Assembly (NCBI GenBank): GCA_965202665.1
Contig: OZ241841.1
Coordinates: forward strand, 2,704,542 to 2,768,541
Reading direction: 5' to 3'
Source: Candidatus Spongiisociaceae bacterium
GTDB taxonomy: Bacteria > Actinomycetota > Acidimicrobiia > Spongiisociales > Spongiisociaceae
DNA length: 64,000 nt
This document shows positions 49,541 to 58,378 of this stretch, piece after piece. Numbering within the stretch: position 1 is the stretch's first letter; every line of letters begins with the position of its first letter. The notes below the pieces were generated by a model. It ran no database searches. It was not told the origin of the DNA and worked only from the letters and a program-made list of their open reading frames with translations. Position numbers and translations under genes: made by a program.

Positions 49541-50515
49541 CTACATTAATCCCAGGGCGCCCGCCGTCAATGAAATGTTTTCCGATAATCCGGCCAGCTG
49601 CGCCTTCAGCAGGTCGATCGTTTCGTCGGTAACGGTCGCCTCCGGGGGGCACAGGGGGGAGGGGAAGGGATCGTTTTCTTGGCAATAGAGAACCCAGCCG
49701 TCCCCGTCCCGGAGGCCGGCCAGGGAGCCGTCCAGCTCGGCGAAGCCGGCGTTGATGCGGTCCAGCAGTTCCGGATCCGCTTCCCGCAGGGCGGGGGTGA
49801 GCAGTTTGATCACCTCCCGGGCCCCCTCCAGGTTGGCGTTGAAGTCCCATAGGTCGGTTTTGGAATAACGGTCTTCTTCTCCGGTGATTTTTCCCTGCGA
49901 CACTTCCTCCACCAGCTCGGCCGCCCCCACCGCTACCGCCGCCGGAGGCAGTTCCAGGTCGGCCATCTGCTCTTTCAGGGTTTGCAGGTCGGCGTCCAGC
50001 TGATCGGCGAAGGGGGCGGCGCCCTCGGTGGTTCCCAGCTCGAACAGGATGTATTCCAGACGATGCCATCCGGTGAACTCCGGGTCGTCCGGTCCGGCGA
50101 AGTCGTCCACCCGGCTGTCCACCGCCCCGTCGATTTCCTCAATCAGTCCGGCGATCGGTTCGATCCGTTCCCATTCCACCCGGGCCGGAGCGTAGGCGTC
50201 GCGGGCGGCCTCCAAATCCCCGGCCCGCACCGCATCGTTGAAGGCCAGGTTGTTGACGATCATGGCGTCGATCTGCGCCGTTACGTATTCTTTGTACTGA
50301 TCCACCGCCTGTTGCACCAGCGGGTTGTCCGTCCCCTCCGCGAACTCTTCCAGAGACAGCCCGGTTGCCGTCCCCGAACCGCTAGCGGACCCCGTACCGC
50401 TGGCCGAACCCGATGCGTCGCCGATGGTGCGCACTTCCGCGCCGTCGTCCCCGCAGGCGGCCGCCGCCAAGGCCAAAACCGCCGCCAGCGCCGCCGCCCT
50501 TATGATTTTAGGCAT
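49541..50515 (-). CDS. efeO: EfeO/EfeM (imelysin/peptidase M75) iron-uptake lipoprotein
   Basis: Lipobox AAAC, Ser/Gly linker, WERIEPIA, FTGWHRLE (HxxE), KITGEEDRYSKTDLWDFNAN; no cupredoxin domain. Confidence 0.9.
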   Translation of the reverse strand: MPKIIRAAALAAVLALAAAACGDDGAEVRTIGDASGSASGTGSASGSGTATGLSLEEFAEGTDNPLVQQAVDQYKEYVTAQIDAMIVNNLAFNDAVRAGDLEAARDAYAPARVEWERIEPIAGLIEEIDGAVDSRVDDFAGPDDPEFTGWHRLEYILFELGTTEGAAPFADQLDADLQTLKEQMADLELPPAAVAVGAAELVEEVSQGKITGEEDRYSKTDLWDFNANLEGAREVIKLLTPALREADPELLDRINAGFAELDGSLAGLRDGDGWVLYCQENDPFPSPLCPPEATVTDETIDLLKAQLAGLSENISLTAGALGLM

Positions 50516-50541
50516 GTATCACCCTTCCCTTGCTGATGTTG

Positions 50542-50583
50542 TAAAGTTAGCCTAACATATAATCTTAGGCAAGACGAACATAA
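50542..50583. promoter_or_regulatory. Tandem IdeR/DtxR boxes upstream of efeO
   Basis: TAAAGTTAGCCTAACATAT (16/19) and TTAGGCAAGACGAACATAA (15/19), 23 bp apart. Confidence 0.8.
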
Positions 50584-50588
50584 AGTTT

Positions 50589-51956
50589 TCAGTCTTCTAC
50601 GATGTGTTCGGCGAAGCCCCGCCGGGCGGACTCCCAACGTTCGACGTCGAAGGCGCCGTCGGCGGTCACCGACTCCGCTGCCGCAACGGCCATGGCCATC
50701 GCATGATGGGTGTTGTCGTGGGCGAACAGCCCCTGCCGGCCGAAGGACAGCAACCGGGGCCGTCCCGCCAGCCATCGCTCCATCCGGCGCAGGCGGGTTT
50801 GGTAGCCCAGCTCGTAAACCGGGTAGGCGCGGGGAAGGCGCACCGCCTCGCAATGGACCGCTCGCGGTTCGGGCAGTCCGCCTTCCCGTAGCCACTCCGC
50901 CGTCCGTTCGGCCAGTTCCCCATCCGGCGCCCGCCAGGTTTCATCCCCCCTAAAGCAGGGAATTTCGGCGCACAGCACGGTGGCGTCCGCCGGGTCGGGG
51001 CCCTCCCGGTAGTTTTTGGGTTCCGACACCCGGGTCATCGGAAAGCGTCCCTCTGGAAAATAATGGGCGTCGTAGGATGTGTAACGGTTGCGGGGAACTA
51101 CTAGATAGACCAGAACCATGGCCCGGTAACGCAAACCATTCCCATCCGGCCCGTCGGCCAGCCGGGCCAGCGCCGGGAGGGGGATAGTGGACCAGATGCG
51201 GGCCGCCCGAAAGATACTTTCCCCGCAGTTCACCGAAGCCCCTTCTTCCCCCACCGCCGCCGATTCAGCCTCCGTTCCGGTGAGGATGACCGCCCCGGCG
51301 GCGGTTGCTGCTTCCGCCAAGGCCTCCGGAATGCGCCCGAATCCCCCCGCCGGATAGTAGAAGACCCCTCTTTCCCCGGAACGGCCCTTCCAGAGTTTGG
51401 CGGCCAACTTGCCGGGGGTGTCGGCGCTGATCCGCCGCCGGGCCGCCTCGCCGCTCAACTGCTGAGGCTCCACCCCCCAGATTTTGCGGGCGTATGGGAA
51501 GTAGAAAGCCTCCCCCATCGGCTTCCCCAGCCCGGAGGCGACCCATTCATGGAAAGTGTCGGCCCTTCGCCGCCGGACGGCGGCCGCCGCCGCCCCGGCC
51601 GCCGCCCGCAACAGGAAAGGCTTGGGGGCGGAACGCAGCACATCCCCCGGAGCGAGCGGAAACCGCAACCAACGTCCGCCCAGCCGGATGCGCCCGTTGC
51701 GGGACCGTCGTTGCAGCTCTGATCCCAAAAGTTGCCGCAGCAACTCCAAAACCCGGGGATCGGCGGAGGGATGCAACCGATGGCTGCCGTGGTCCGCCGA
51801 CTGGCCGGCCACCAGACGGGAGGCGGCCAACCCTCCCACTTGCTCCGCTCTTTCCAAAACTATGACTTCCCTCCCCCGCCGGGCCAGCAACAAGGCGGCG
51901 GTAAGTCCGGCGGGGCCGGCCCCTAGGATGATGAAGTCAGCGGAGCGGGAAGTCAC
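50589..51956 (-). CDS. FAD-dependent oxidoreductase (UDP-galactopyranose mutase / HemY-like superfamily)
   Basis: GAGPAGL, VGGLA, DHGSHRLH, PYARKIWG, FYYPAGGFG, YFPE..RVSEPKNY, AYPVY, GRQGLFAHDNTHH. Confidence 0.8.
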   Translation of the reverse strand: MTSRSADFIILGAGPAGLTAALLLARRGREVIVLERAEQVGGLAASRLVAGQSADHGSHRLHPSADPRVLELLRQLLGSELQRRSRNGRIRLGGRWLRFPLAPGDVLRSAPKPFLLRAAAGAAAAAVRRRRADTFHEWVASGLGKPMGEAFYFPYARKIWGVEPQQLSGEAARRRISADTPGKLAAKLWKGRSGERGVFYYPAGGFGRIPEALAEAATAAGAVILTGTEAESAAVGEEGASVNCGESIFRAARIWSTIPLPALARLADGPDGNGLRYRAMVLVYLVVPRNRYTSYDAHYFPEGRFPMTRVSEPKNYREGPDPADATVLCAEIPCFRGDETWRAPDGELAERTAEWLREGGLPEPRAVHCEAVRLPRAYPVYELGYQTRLRRMERWLAGRPRLLSFGRQGLFAHDNTHHAMAMAVAAAESVTADGAFDVERWESARRGFAEHIVED

Positions 51957-52998
51957 GCCCCGCCGGCTCCGGCTCCGGCTCCGGGGAGGGGAAGGCCATC
52001 GTCTCCGGTCCGGCGTAGGAAAGGCGCACGTTGTCTCCGGGGCGGAAGAGGGGGACGGCCAGCACCCGCGCCGTCATCCGCAGTCCGTCCACATCCAGGG
52101 AATAAGCGGTGTCGTGACCGTAATATTCCATTGACGTAATCGTCCCCTGATCGCCGCTTTCCAGCGTGATGCATTCGGGACGCACCACCACGCCGCACGG
52201 GCCGTACGCGGGTACGGCCAGCGGAACCTCTCCGATGCTGGTGCGGGCGGTGCGCCCCTCGGCGATACCGTCCAGCAAATTGGCGTCGCCCACGAAGCGG
52301 GCCACCCAGGGATCCGCCGGATGGTTGTAAACCTCGCCCGGGGCGGCGAACTGCAGGATCCGCCCGTCCCGCATCACCGCCACGTCGTCGCCTACCACGA
52401 AAGCCTCTTCTTGGTCGTGGGTGACGAACACGGCGGTTATGTCCAAATCCCGCAACAGGGCGGCCATTTCGGAGCGGATGCGGGAGCGCAGTTCGGCGTC
52501 CAAGGAGGCCAGCGGCTCGTCCAACAGCAAAACCTCCGGCTGGGGGGCCAAGGCCCGCGCCAAGGCCACCCGTTGCGCCTGCCCCCCGGACAGGGTGGCC
52601 GGGTCTCGGTCGGCGAATCCGCTCATGTCCACCATTGCCAAAGCCCGCTCCACCCGGCTCCGATCGGGGCGGCGTCCCAGGCCGTAGGCCACGTTGCCCC
52701 CCACGCTCATATGGGGAAACAAAGCCCCGTTTTGGAAGACCATCCCCACGTTGCGGTCCTCCGCCCGGATATGAATATCCGCTCCGTCCAGCACCCTGCC
52801 GCCGATGGCGATAGTCCCGGCATCGGGGGTTTCCAAACCGGCGATCATCCGCAACAAGGTGGTTTTGCCGCATCCGGAGGGGCCCAGCAAGGCCAAAGTG
52901 CGGCCGCGCGGGATGCGCAGGGCGACCGAGGCGGCCACGGTCAGGGACCCGAAGGTTTTAGTCACGTCGTCCAGGCGGACATGAAATCCGTTGGTCAT
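51937..52998 (-). CDS. Fe3+ ABC transporter ATP-binding protein (FbpC-like)
   Basis: GPSGCGKTT, VFQNGALFPH, LSGGQAQRVALARALAP, LLDEP, VTHDQEEA, TOBE-like tail. Confidence 0.9.
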   Translation of the reverse strand: MTNGFHVRLDDVTKTFGSLTVAASVALRIPRGRTLALLGPSGCGKTTLLRMIAGLETPDAGTIAIGGRVLDGADIHIRAEDRNVGMVFQNGALFPHMSVGGNVAYGLGRRPDRSRVERALAMVDMSGFADRDPATLSGGQAQRVALARALAPQPEVLLLDEPLASLDAELRSRIRSEMAALLRDLDITAVFVTHDQEEAFVVGDDVAVMRDGRILQFAAPGEVYNHPADPWVARFVGDANLLDGIAEGRTARTSIGEVPLAVPAYGPCGVVVRPECITLESGDQGTITSMEYYGHDTAYSLDVDGLRMTARVLAVPLFRPGDNVRLSYAGPETMAFPSPEPEPEPAGRDFPLR

Positions 52999-53035
52999 AT
53001 CGCCTAACAGGTTACATCAAGTTAGCCGAACGTGA
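52994..53035. promoter_or_regulatory. IdeR/DtxR-like box(es) upstream of the Fe3+ ABC ATPase
   Basis: TCAAGTTAGCCGAACGTGA (14/19) at 53017; GCCTAAC half-site in register 23 bp away. Confidence 0.55.
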
Positions 53036-53139
53036 AAAGTCATTCCGCCGAACGCGCCCAAACCGAGGGGTGTATCTGGTGGCGGGAATGTTTGGGCCGC
53101 TAAAATGATTGCATAGGGTGGAGGTTGAATGGAGGTGAA

Positions 53140-53787
53140 ATGTTCGCAACCCGCAACAAGGACAAACTGACGCCGCCCGAAGAGGCGTTGCCCGGACGGG
53201 AGGGATCCGTTCTGGAACCGGAACCGCATTTTGCGAACGGCCGTCCCATCGTCCCACCCTTCCCCGGCCATTTGGAAACGGCCTATGTGGGGATGGGATG
53301 CTTCTGGGGGGCGGAGCGCCTGTTCTGGAAAATGCCGGGGGTGTTCACCACCGCGGTCGGATATCAGGGGGGGCACACGCCCAATCCCACCTACCGGGAG
53401 GTTTGCTCGGGACGAACCGCCCACGCCGAGACAGTGTTGATCGTCTACGACCCGGCCCGGGTGCCTTTTGCGAACCTGCTCAAAGTTTTCTGGGAGGAGC
53501 ACGACCCCACCCAGGGGATGCGCCAGGGCAACGACCGCGGCTCCCAGTACCGGTCGGCCATCTTCTGGACCACCGAGGAGCAAAGCCGGATGGCGGAGGC
53601 TTCCCGGGAGTCATACCAGCGGAGTTTGACGGCGGCCGGCAAAGGGACGATCACCACCGAAATCCGAGAGTCTCCCCCCTTCTACTACGCCGAGGACTAC
53701 CACCAGCAGTACTTGGCCAAAAACCCCAACGGCTACTGCGGCCTGGCCGGCGCCGGCGTAACCTGCCAAATCCCCGCCCTCGCCTAA
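53140..53787 (+). CDS. msrA: Peptide-methionine (S)-S-oxide reductase
   Basis: [51 protein letters not shown]; GGAGG RBS. Confidence 0.97.
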   Translation: MFATRNKDKLTPPEEALPGREGSVLEPEPHFANGRPIVPPFPGHLETAYVGMGCFWGAERLFWKMPGVFTTAVGYQGGHTPNPTYREVCSGRTAHAETVLIVYDPARVPFANLLKVFWEEHDPTQGMRQGNDRGSQYRSAIFWTTEEQSRMAEASRESYQRSLTAAGKGTITTEIRESPPFYYAEDYHQQYLAKNPNGYCGLAGAGVTCQIPALA

Positions 53788-53872
53788 CACCACATACGCG
53801 GTACGTTCCTTTGGACGGACCAAAAATAATGACTACAATCCGGGACGGCCCTGATAGCGAACGGAGGCGCAA

Positions 53873-54061
53873 GTGAGCCGACTGACCGGCTATGCCGACA
53901 TCACCGGTGGACAACCAAAGGACGTCCTCGGTGAAGGCGCCGACTGGAAAACGGCCGGGGCGGATGATCTCCGCGCGCTCCGGGCGGATGGGGCCGCCCA
54001 TCTGGGCGGGGACGAGGCTGTTGCGGTTCTAAGACATCACGCCGCCCTCACCGCCAACTAA
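53873..54061 (+). CDS. Small hypothetical protein or gene remnant
   Basis: GGAGG RBS before GTG; 62 aa; no recognised motif. Confidence 0.3.
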   Translation: MSRLTGYADITGGQPKDVLGEGADWKTAGADDLRALRADGAAHLGGDEAVAVLRHHAALTAN

Positions 54062-54077
54062 CAGAGGCGACACCAAA

Positions 54078-55141
54078 ATGCCCTCCCCCCCCCCCCTAAT
54101 GTTGCGAACCGCACCATTTTCACCGGAGACAACCTCTACGTCCTGAGAGGCCTCAACACCGCCAGCGTCGACCTCATCTACCTAGACCCCCCTTTCAACA
54201 CCAAGAAACAATGGCGCGCGCCGATTGGAACAGCGGCAGAGGGCGCTGAGTTCCAAGACTCTTGGACGCTGAAAGACGTTGACCTAGAAACGCACGAGCG
54301 GCTAGCGGTTACCAACCCTGCGCTCCACGATGTGATACGGGCCGGTGGTAGCGCACGGGGTGATACCACGATGTGGTATCTGCTGATGATGTCCGAGCGC
54401 TTGTTGGAGATGCAGCGGGTGCTAAAGCCGACCGGGAGTATCTATCTGCATTGCGACCCGACTGAGAGCCATAGCCTGAAGTTGATGATGGACACCATCT
54501 TCGGATCGGACAACTTCCGCAACGAAATAGTATGGTCGTATAATAAATGGACAAATATTTCTCGTTACTTTCAACGAAGCAACGACATCATTTTGTTCTA
54601 CACAAAAACGGATGACTACATTTTCAATAAGCAGTATGTGATGACCGACCATAAAAAGGCCGTCCTAGACAGAGGCTATGACTCTAATGTGGTAAACGGG
54701 GTTCGGCAGTTGCTTGTCTATGACTGGAATATCATTCCGAACAAAGTAAAAAACGATCCTAAGTACGACCGGATAGTTGATATGTCAGATAAGCCCAAAG
54801 GAGTAGCCGCCGCTCAGGTTTGGACAGACATACAATATCTAGCATCAGCGGCGAAGGAGCGAGTGGGTTATCCTACCCAGAAACCAGTAGCATTAGTGGA
54901 GCGTATTATCAAGGCCTCGTCCAAAGAGGGTGATTTGGTGCTTGACCCGTTTTGCGGGTGTGCTACAGCGGCGATAGCGGCAGAGAAAGAGGGCCGCCAG
55001 TGGATAGGCATAGACATATCACACAAAGCCATAGAGCTAGTGCAAGACCGCCTCCACGATGAACTGGGACTACCCTCCATCTTGGCTAACCACCGTACCG
55101 ATATTCCCCAGCGCACCGACCTCGGCAACCTGTCTCCCTAA
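54078..55141 (+). pseudogene. Beta-class N6A/N4C DNA methyltransferase, frameshifted at a C12 tract (phase-OFF or pseudogene)
   Basis: ATG 54078 is out of frame with the open frame from 54098 encoding GDNL..SVDLIYLDPPFN..SIYLHCD..FRNEIVW..GYPTQKP..VLDPFCGCATA. Confidence 0.85.
54085..54096 (+). repeat. Poly-C homopolymer (C12) four bases after the methyltransferase ATG
   Basis: ATG CCCT CCCCCCCCCCCC TAAT; 10 or 13 C restores the frame. Confidence 0.9.
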
Positions 55142-55259
55142 ACCCACGAAAGCACTAACGGGGAGCAGGAGGATACTGCCACTGATGCGACAACACTTTA
55201 GATTCGGCGACTCCATGTAGGCTATATCATCCCTCGCTAACGACCATTCGTGGGCTGAT

Positions 55260-55288
55260 TTGACTTTACGCCGTTTGTTCTGTACAAT
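55260..55288 (+). promoter_or_regulatory. Sigma70 promoter of the vapBC operon
   Basis: TTGACT-17 bp-TACAAT; a TTGT..ACAA dyad overlapping the -10 is a possible operator. Confidence 0.6.
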
Positions 55289-55336
55289 ACCGATATTGGC
55301 GACTGTGCGCCTTAGAAGCAAGCAAGGAGGCTGGCA

Positions 55337-55609
55337 ATGGCGATCATAGAAGTTGGCGTTACGGAGTTCAGATCTGATTTGAGACGATGGATAGATCAGG
55401 TCAAATCCGGTGAGGAGATTGTCCTGACCGAACGGCGTACGCCGATAGCCCGTATCACCGGCATTAACGCTTTGCCCCTCATCGAGCAACTAGAACGCGA
55501 CGGCCTAATACGAGGTCCGCGTAACAAGAGCCGGACAAAGGCGTCGGGTCGCAAGCGGGTTTCGGTAAAAGGTTCGGTATCGGAGATTATTACGCAACAA
55601 CGTAATTAG
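55337..55609 (+). CDS. vapB: Phd/YefM-family antitoxin
   Basis: VGVTEFRSDLRRWIDQVKSGEEIVLTERRTPIARI; AAGGAGG RBS. Confidence 0.88.
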   Translation: MAIIEVGVTEFRSDLRRWIDQVKSGEEIVLTERRTPIARITGINALPLIEQLERDGLIRGPRNKSRTKASGRKRVSVKGSVSEIITQQRN

Positions 55610-55625
55610 AGTACCCGCCAGTCGT

Positions 55626-56090
55626 TTGATTATCTCGCCTCCACCCCAAACGTCGGCTCCGTTTGACGACTACATAATATATTTCGACTCCAGTGCCTTG
55701 GTCAAACGGGTTGCGGAAGAAGAAGGTAGCGAAACGGTTACCTTGCTTTGGGATAGAGCCGCTTGGCCAGTGAGTAGCGCCCTAGCCTACCCCGAAGTCA
55801 GAGCGGCTCTTGCCGCTGCCCGCCAGAACAAACGACTAACCGAACGATCTTTGAATGCGGCCAAAAAACAATGGGAATCATACTGGGGCAATATTAAGGT
55901 TGTCGAGCCGTATGAGCAACTGTTGAAAGAGGCTGGTGATGTAGCCGAAGTTTATGGTTTGAAGGGTTACGATGCGGTTCATCTAGCATCCGCGGTGCGT
56001 TTCCCCCCGGAACTGGTCATTATGGTAACTTGGGATCGTCGGTTGCGGGAAGCTTCGTTGCAAGCTGGTATGCGGATTGCGCCCCGGTAG
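55626..56090 (+). CDS. vapC: VapC PIN-domain toxin
   Basis: YFDSSALVK..EEGS, SSALAYPEVRAAL, LKGYDAVHLASA, VTWDRRL; start uncertain. Confidence 0.88.
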   Translation: MIISPPPQTSAPFDDYIIYFDSSALVKRVAEEEGSETVTLLWDRAAWPVSSALAYPEVRAALAAARQNKRLTERSLNAAKKQWESYWGNIKVVEPYEQLLKEAGDVAEVYGLKGYDAVHLASAVRFPPELVIMVTWDRRLREASLQAGMRIAPR

Positions 56091-56099
56091 GGACATGTC

Positions 56100-57125
56100 T
56101 TAGCGGAGGAGGAAGCCGCGGGGGAAGGGGTCGTCGGGTTCTATTACGAACTGGGCGGAGCCTGCGTAGTGGGCCCGGCCCGCCACTTCCACGGTGACCA
56201 CCGGATGGCCGCCGCCCACCCCGGAGCCCTCCCCGGTCGTTCCGACCACTTCGCCGGTCATTTCCGAACCGGCGACGCTGACGAACACCCGTTCCTCCCC
56301 CGGCCCCGCTTGGCCTTTGGCGAAACGCAGGGCCATGCGGGCGGTCACCCCCGAACCGGTGGGGCTGCGGTCCACCTGCGCGTCGGCGAACACGCAAATG
56401 TTGGCCGAGGGGCGGTGGTCGTCGATCCCGTCGGTGAGGATGGACCCGTACAGGTAGGCCATCTCCTCCGAATCGGGATGTGCCAACTCGCAGTCGGCGG
56501 CTACCGCCCCGGACAGGGCGGAGGCGGCCGCCCGCAAATCGGACACCGGCGAGCGGCGCACGTCCATACCGAAGGCGGAGGCGGGGGCCAGGGCGTAAAA
56601 AGCCCCCCCGTAGGCCACATCGTAGGACACCGGCCCCCACCCGGGAACCTCCGCCGTCCGGCCGATGACGTAGGCGAAGGCCCCCACGCTGTGAAACCGC
56701 ACCCGCCCCGCCCGGCCTTCCCGCACCTCCGTGAACACTTCCACCGGCCCGCACGGGCATTGGATGACCATCCGCGTTTCCGGTTCCTCCGCCGCCGCCC
56801 AGCCCCGGTCCACCGCGTACCTCCCCAAGGCGATCACCGCATGCCCGCACATCAGCGAATAACCTTGGTTGTGCATGAACAAGACCGCAAAATCCGCCTC
56901 CGGGAGGTCGGGTTCCGCCGGGATGACTCCGTACATGTCGAAGTGGCCGCGCGGTTCGTGCATCAGCGCGGTGCGCAAATGGTCGTAGTTCTCCCGGGCG
57001 AACCGGCGCTTGTCCAAAATGGTTTCCCCCCGCAACGGCGGATAGCCGGATTCGATGATCCGCACCGGTTCGCCGCCGGTGTGCATTTCGGCGGTGGAGA
57101 TGGTCAAAGAAGCGGCGCGGTCCAT
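56100..57125 (-). CDS. Proline racemase-family enzyme, Cys/Thr type (probable trans-3-hydroxy-L-proline dehydratase)
   Basis: MHTGGEPVRI, LMHEPRGH.DMYG, GYSLMCGH, DVAYGGAFY, VDRSPTGSG. Confidence 0.85.
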   Translation of the reverse strand: MDRAASLTISTAEMHTGGEPVRIIESGYPPLRGETILDKRRFARENYDHLRTALMHEPRGHFDMYGVIPAEPDLPEADFAVLFMHNQGYSLMCGHAVIALGRYAVDRGWAAAEEPETRMVIQCPCGPVEVFTEVREGRAGRVRFHSVGAFAYVIGRTAEVPGWGPVSYDVAYGGAFYALAPASAFGMDVRRSPVSDLRAAASALSGAVAADCELAHPDSEEMAYLYGSILTDGIDDHRPSANICVFADAQVDRSPTGSGVTARMALRFAKGQAGPGEERVFVSVAGSEMTGEVVGTTGEGSGVGGGHPVVTVEVAGRAHYAGSAQFVIEPDDPFPRGFLLR

Positions 57126-57226
57126 CCCGGAAATGGTAGCGGCGCCCGACCCGGCCCGGCGGGAGGGTAACCTGTACCGGACAGCAACCCCCAAGGCAAC
57201 TTAGGAGCATAGGAGCACACCAACCG

Positions 57227-58378
57227 ATGGGTTTCCGAACCGACCAGATACACGCCGGGGCGGCCCCCGACCCGGTAACCGGGGCCATCCTCACCCCCAT
57301 CCACCAGACCAGCACCTTCGCCCAGCCGTCGGTGGAGGAATACATGGCCAAGGGATACTCCTATTCCCGCTCCGCCAATCCCACCGTCTCCGCTTTTGCG
57401 GAACGGATGGCCGTTTTGGAGGGAGGCCATTCGGGATGGGCGTTCGCCACCGGGATGGCGGCCACCGACGCCGTTTTCCGTTCCCTGTTGAGCGCCGGCG
57501 ACCATGCGGTGGTGGGCGACGTCACCTACGGGGGCACATACCGCTTAGCCACCCAGATTTACGCCCGTTACGGAGTTGATTTCACTTTCGCCGACGGTTC
57601 CGATCCGGAGGCGGTGGAAGCGGCCGTCACCGACCACACCCGCCTCATCTTCACCGAAACGCCGGCCAACCCAACTCTCAAATATTCCGACATCGCCGCA
57701 ATTTCCCGCATCGCCCGCAGCCGCGGCATCCCGCATGCGGTGGACAACACCTTCCTCACCCCCTACTTTCAACGCCCGCTGGAACTGGGGGCGGATTTGG
57801 CGGTCCATTCCACCACCAAATACATCGACGGCCTGAACGCCACCGTGGGCGGGGCGGTGGTGTGCGCCGGCCCGGAACTGTCCGAAAAAATCGGTTTCAT
57901 CCAAAACGCGACCGGAACCATAATGTCGCCCATGACCGCCTGGATCTCCCTGCAGTCCTCCAAAACCCTCAGCGAACGGATGGAACGGCAGTCGGCCAAC
58001 GCGGCCGCGGTGGCCGGCTACCTGGAAGGCCACCCGAAGGTGGCCCGTGTGGCCTATCCGGGGCTGGCCTCCTTCCCCTGGCACCGGCTGGCCTCCCGCC
58101 AAGCCTCCGGATACGGGGCGATGGCCTGGTTCGAACTGGAAGGCGGGTTGGAGGCGGGGGCCCGTTTGATGAGTTCGGTGCGCCTGTGGACTTTGGCGGA
58201 AAGCCTGGGGTCGGTGGAGTCGCTGATCACCCATCCGGTCACGATGACCCACGCCGATGTGGACGAGGCGGAGCGGTTGCGCACCGGCATCACCGACGGG
58301 CTGGTGCGCATCTCGGTGGGTTTGGAGGACGCCGCCGATCTGATCGCCGACCTGGACGCCGCGTTGCGGGAGGCGTAG
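57227..58378 (+). CDS. Cystathionine gamma-synthase/lyase family PLP enzyme
   Basis: PIHQTSTF, YSRSANPT, FATGMAA, ETPANP, VDNTF, HSTTKYI, LAESLG.VESL, RISVGLED. Confidence 0.92.
   Translation: MGFRTDQIHAGAAPDPVTGAILTPIHQTSTFAQPSVEEYMAKGYSYSRSANPTVSAFAERMAVLEGGHSGWAFATGMAATDAVFRSLLSAGDHAVVGDVTYGGTYRLATQIYARYGVDFTFADGSDPEAVEAAVTDHTRLIFTETPANPTLKYSDIAAISRIARSRGIPHAVDNTFLTPYFQRPLELGADLAVHSTTKYIDGLNATVGGAVVCAGPELSEKIGFIQNATGTIMSPMTAWISLQSSKTLSERMERQSANAAAVAGYLEGHPKVARVAYPGLASFPWHRLASRQASGYGAMAWFELEGGLEAGARLMSSVRLWTLAESLGSVESLITHPVTMTHADVDEAERLRTGITDGLVRISVGLEDAADLIADLDAALREA

Noticed and set aside
50589-51956. Calling the flavoprotein HemY/protoporphyrinogen oxidase because of the heme context
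   Set aside because: The GSHRLH, PY..KIWG and GRQG.F...N.HH motifs fit the mutase-like, glycosylation-associated branch better; function left open
57126-57226. Possible SAM riboswitch upstream of the trans-sulfuration gene
   Set aside because: No SAM-I/II/IV/V or SAM-SAH consensus recognisable by eye; an Infernal/Rfam scan is needed
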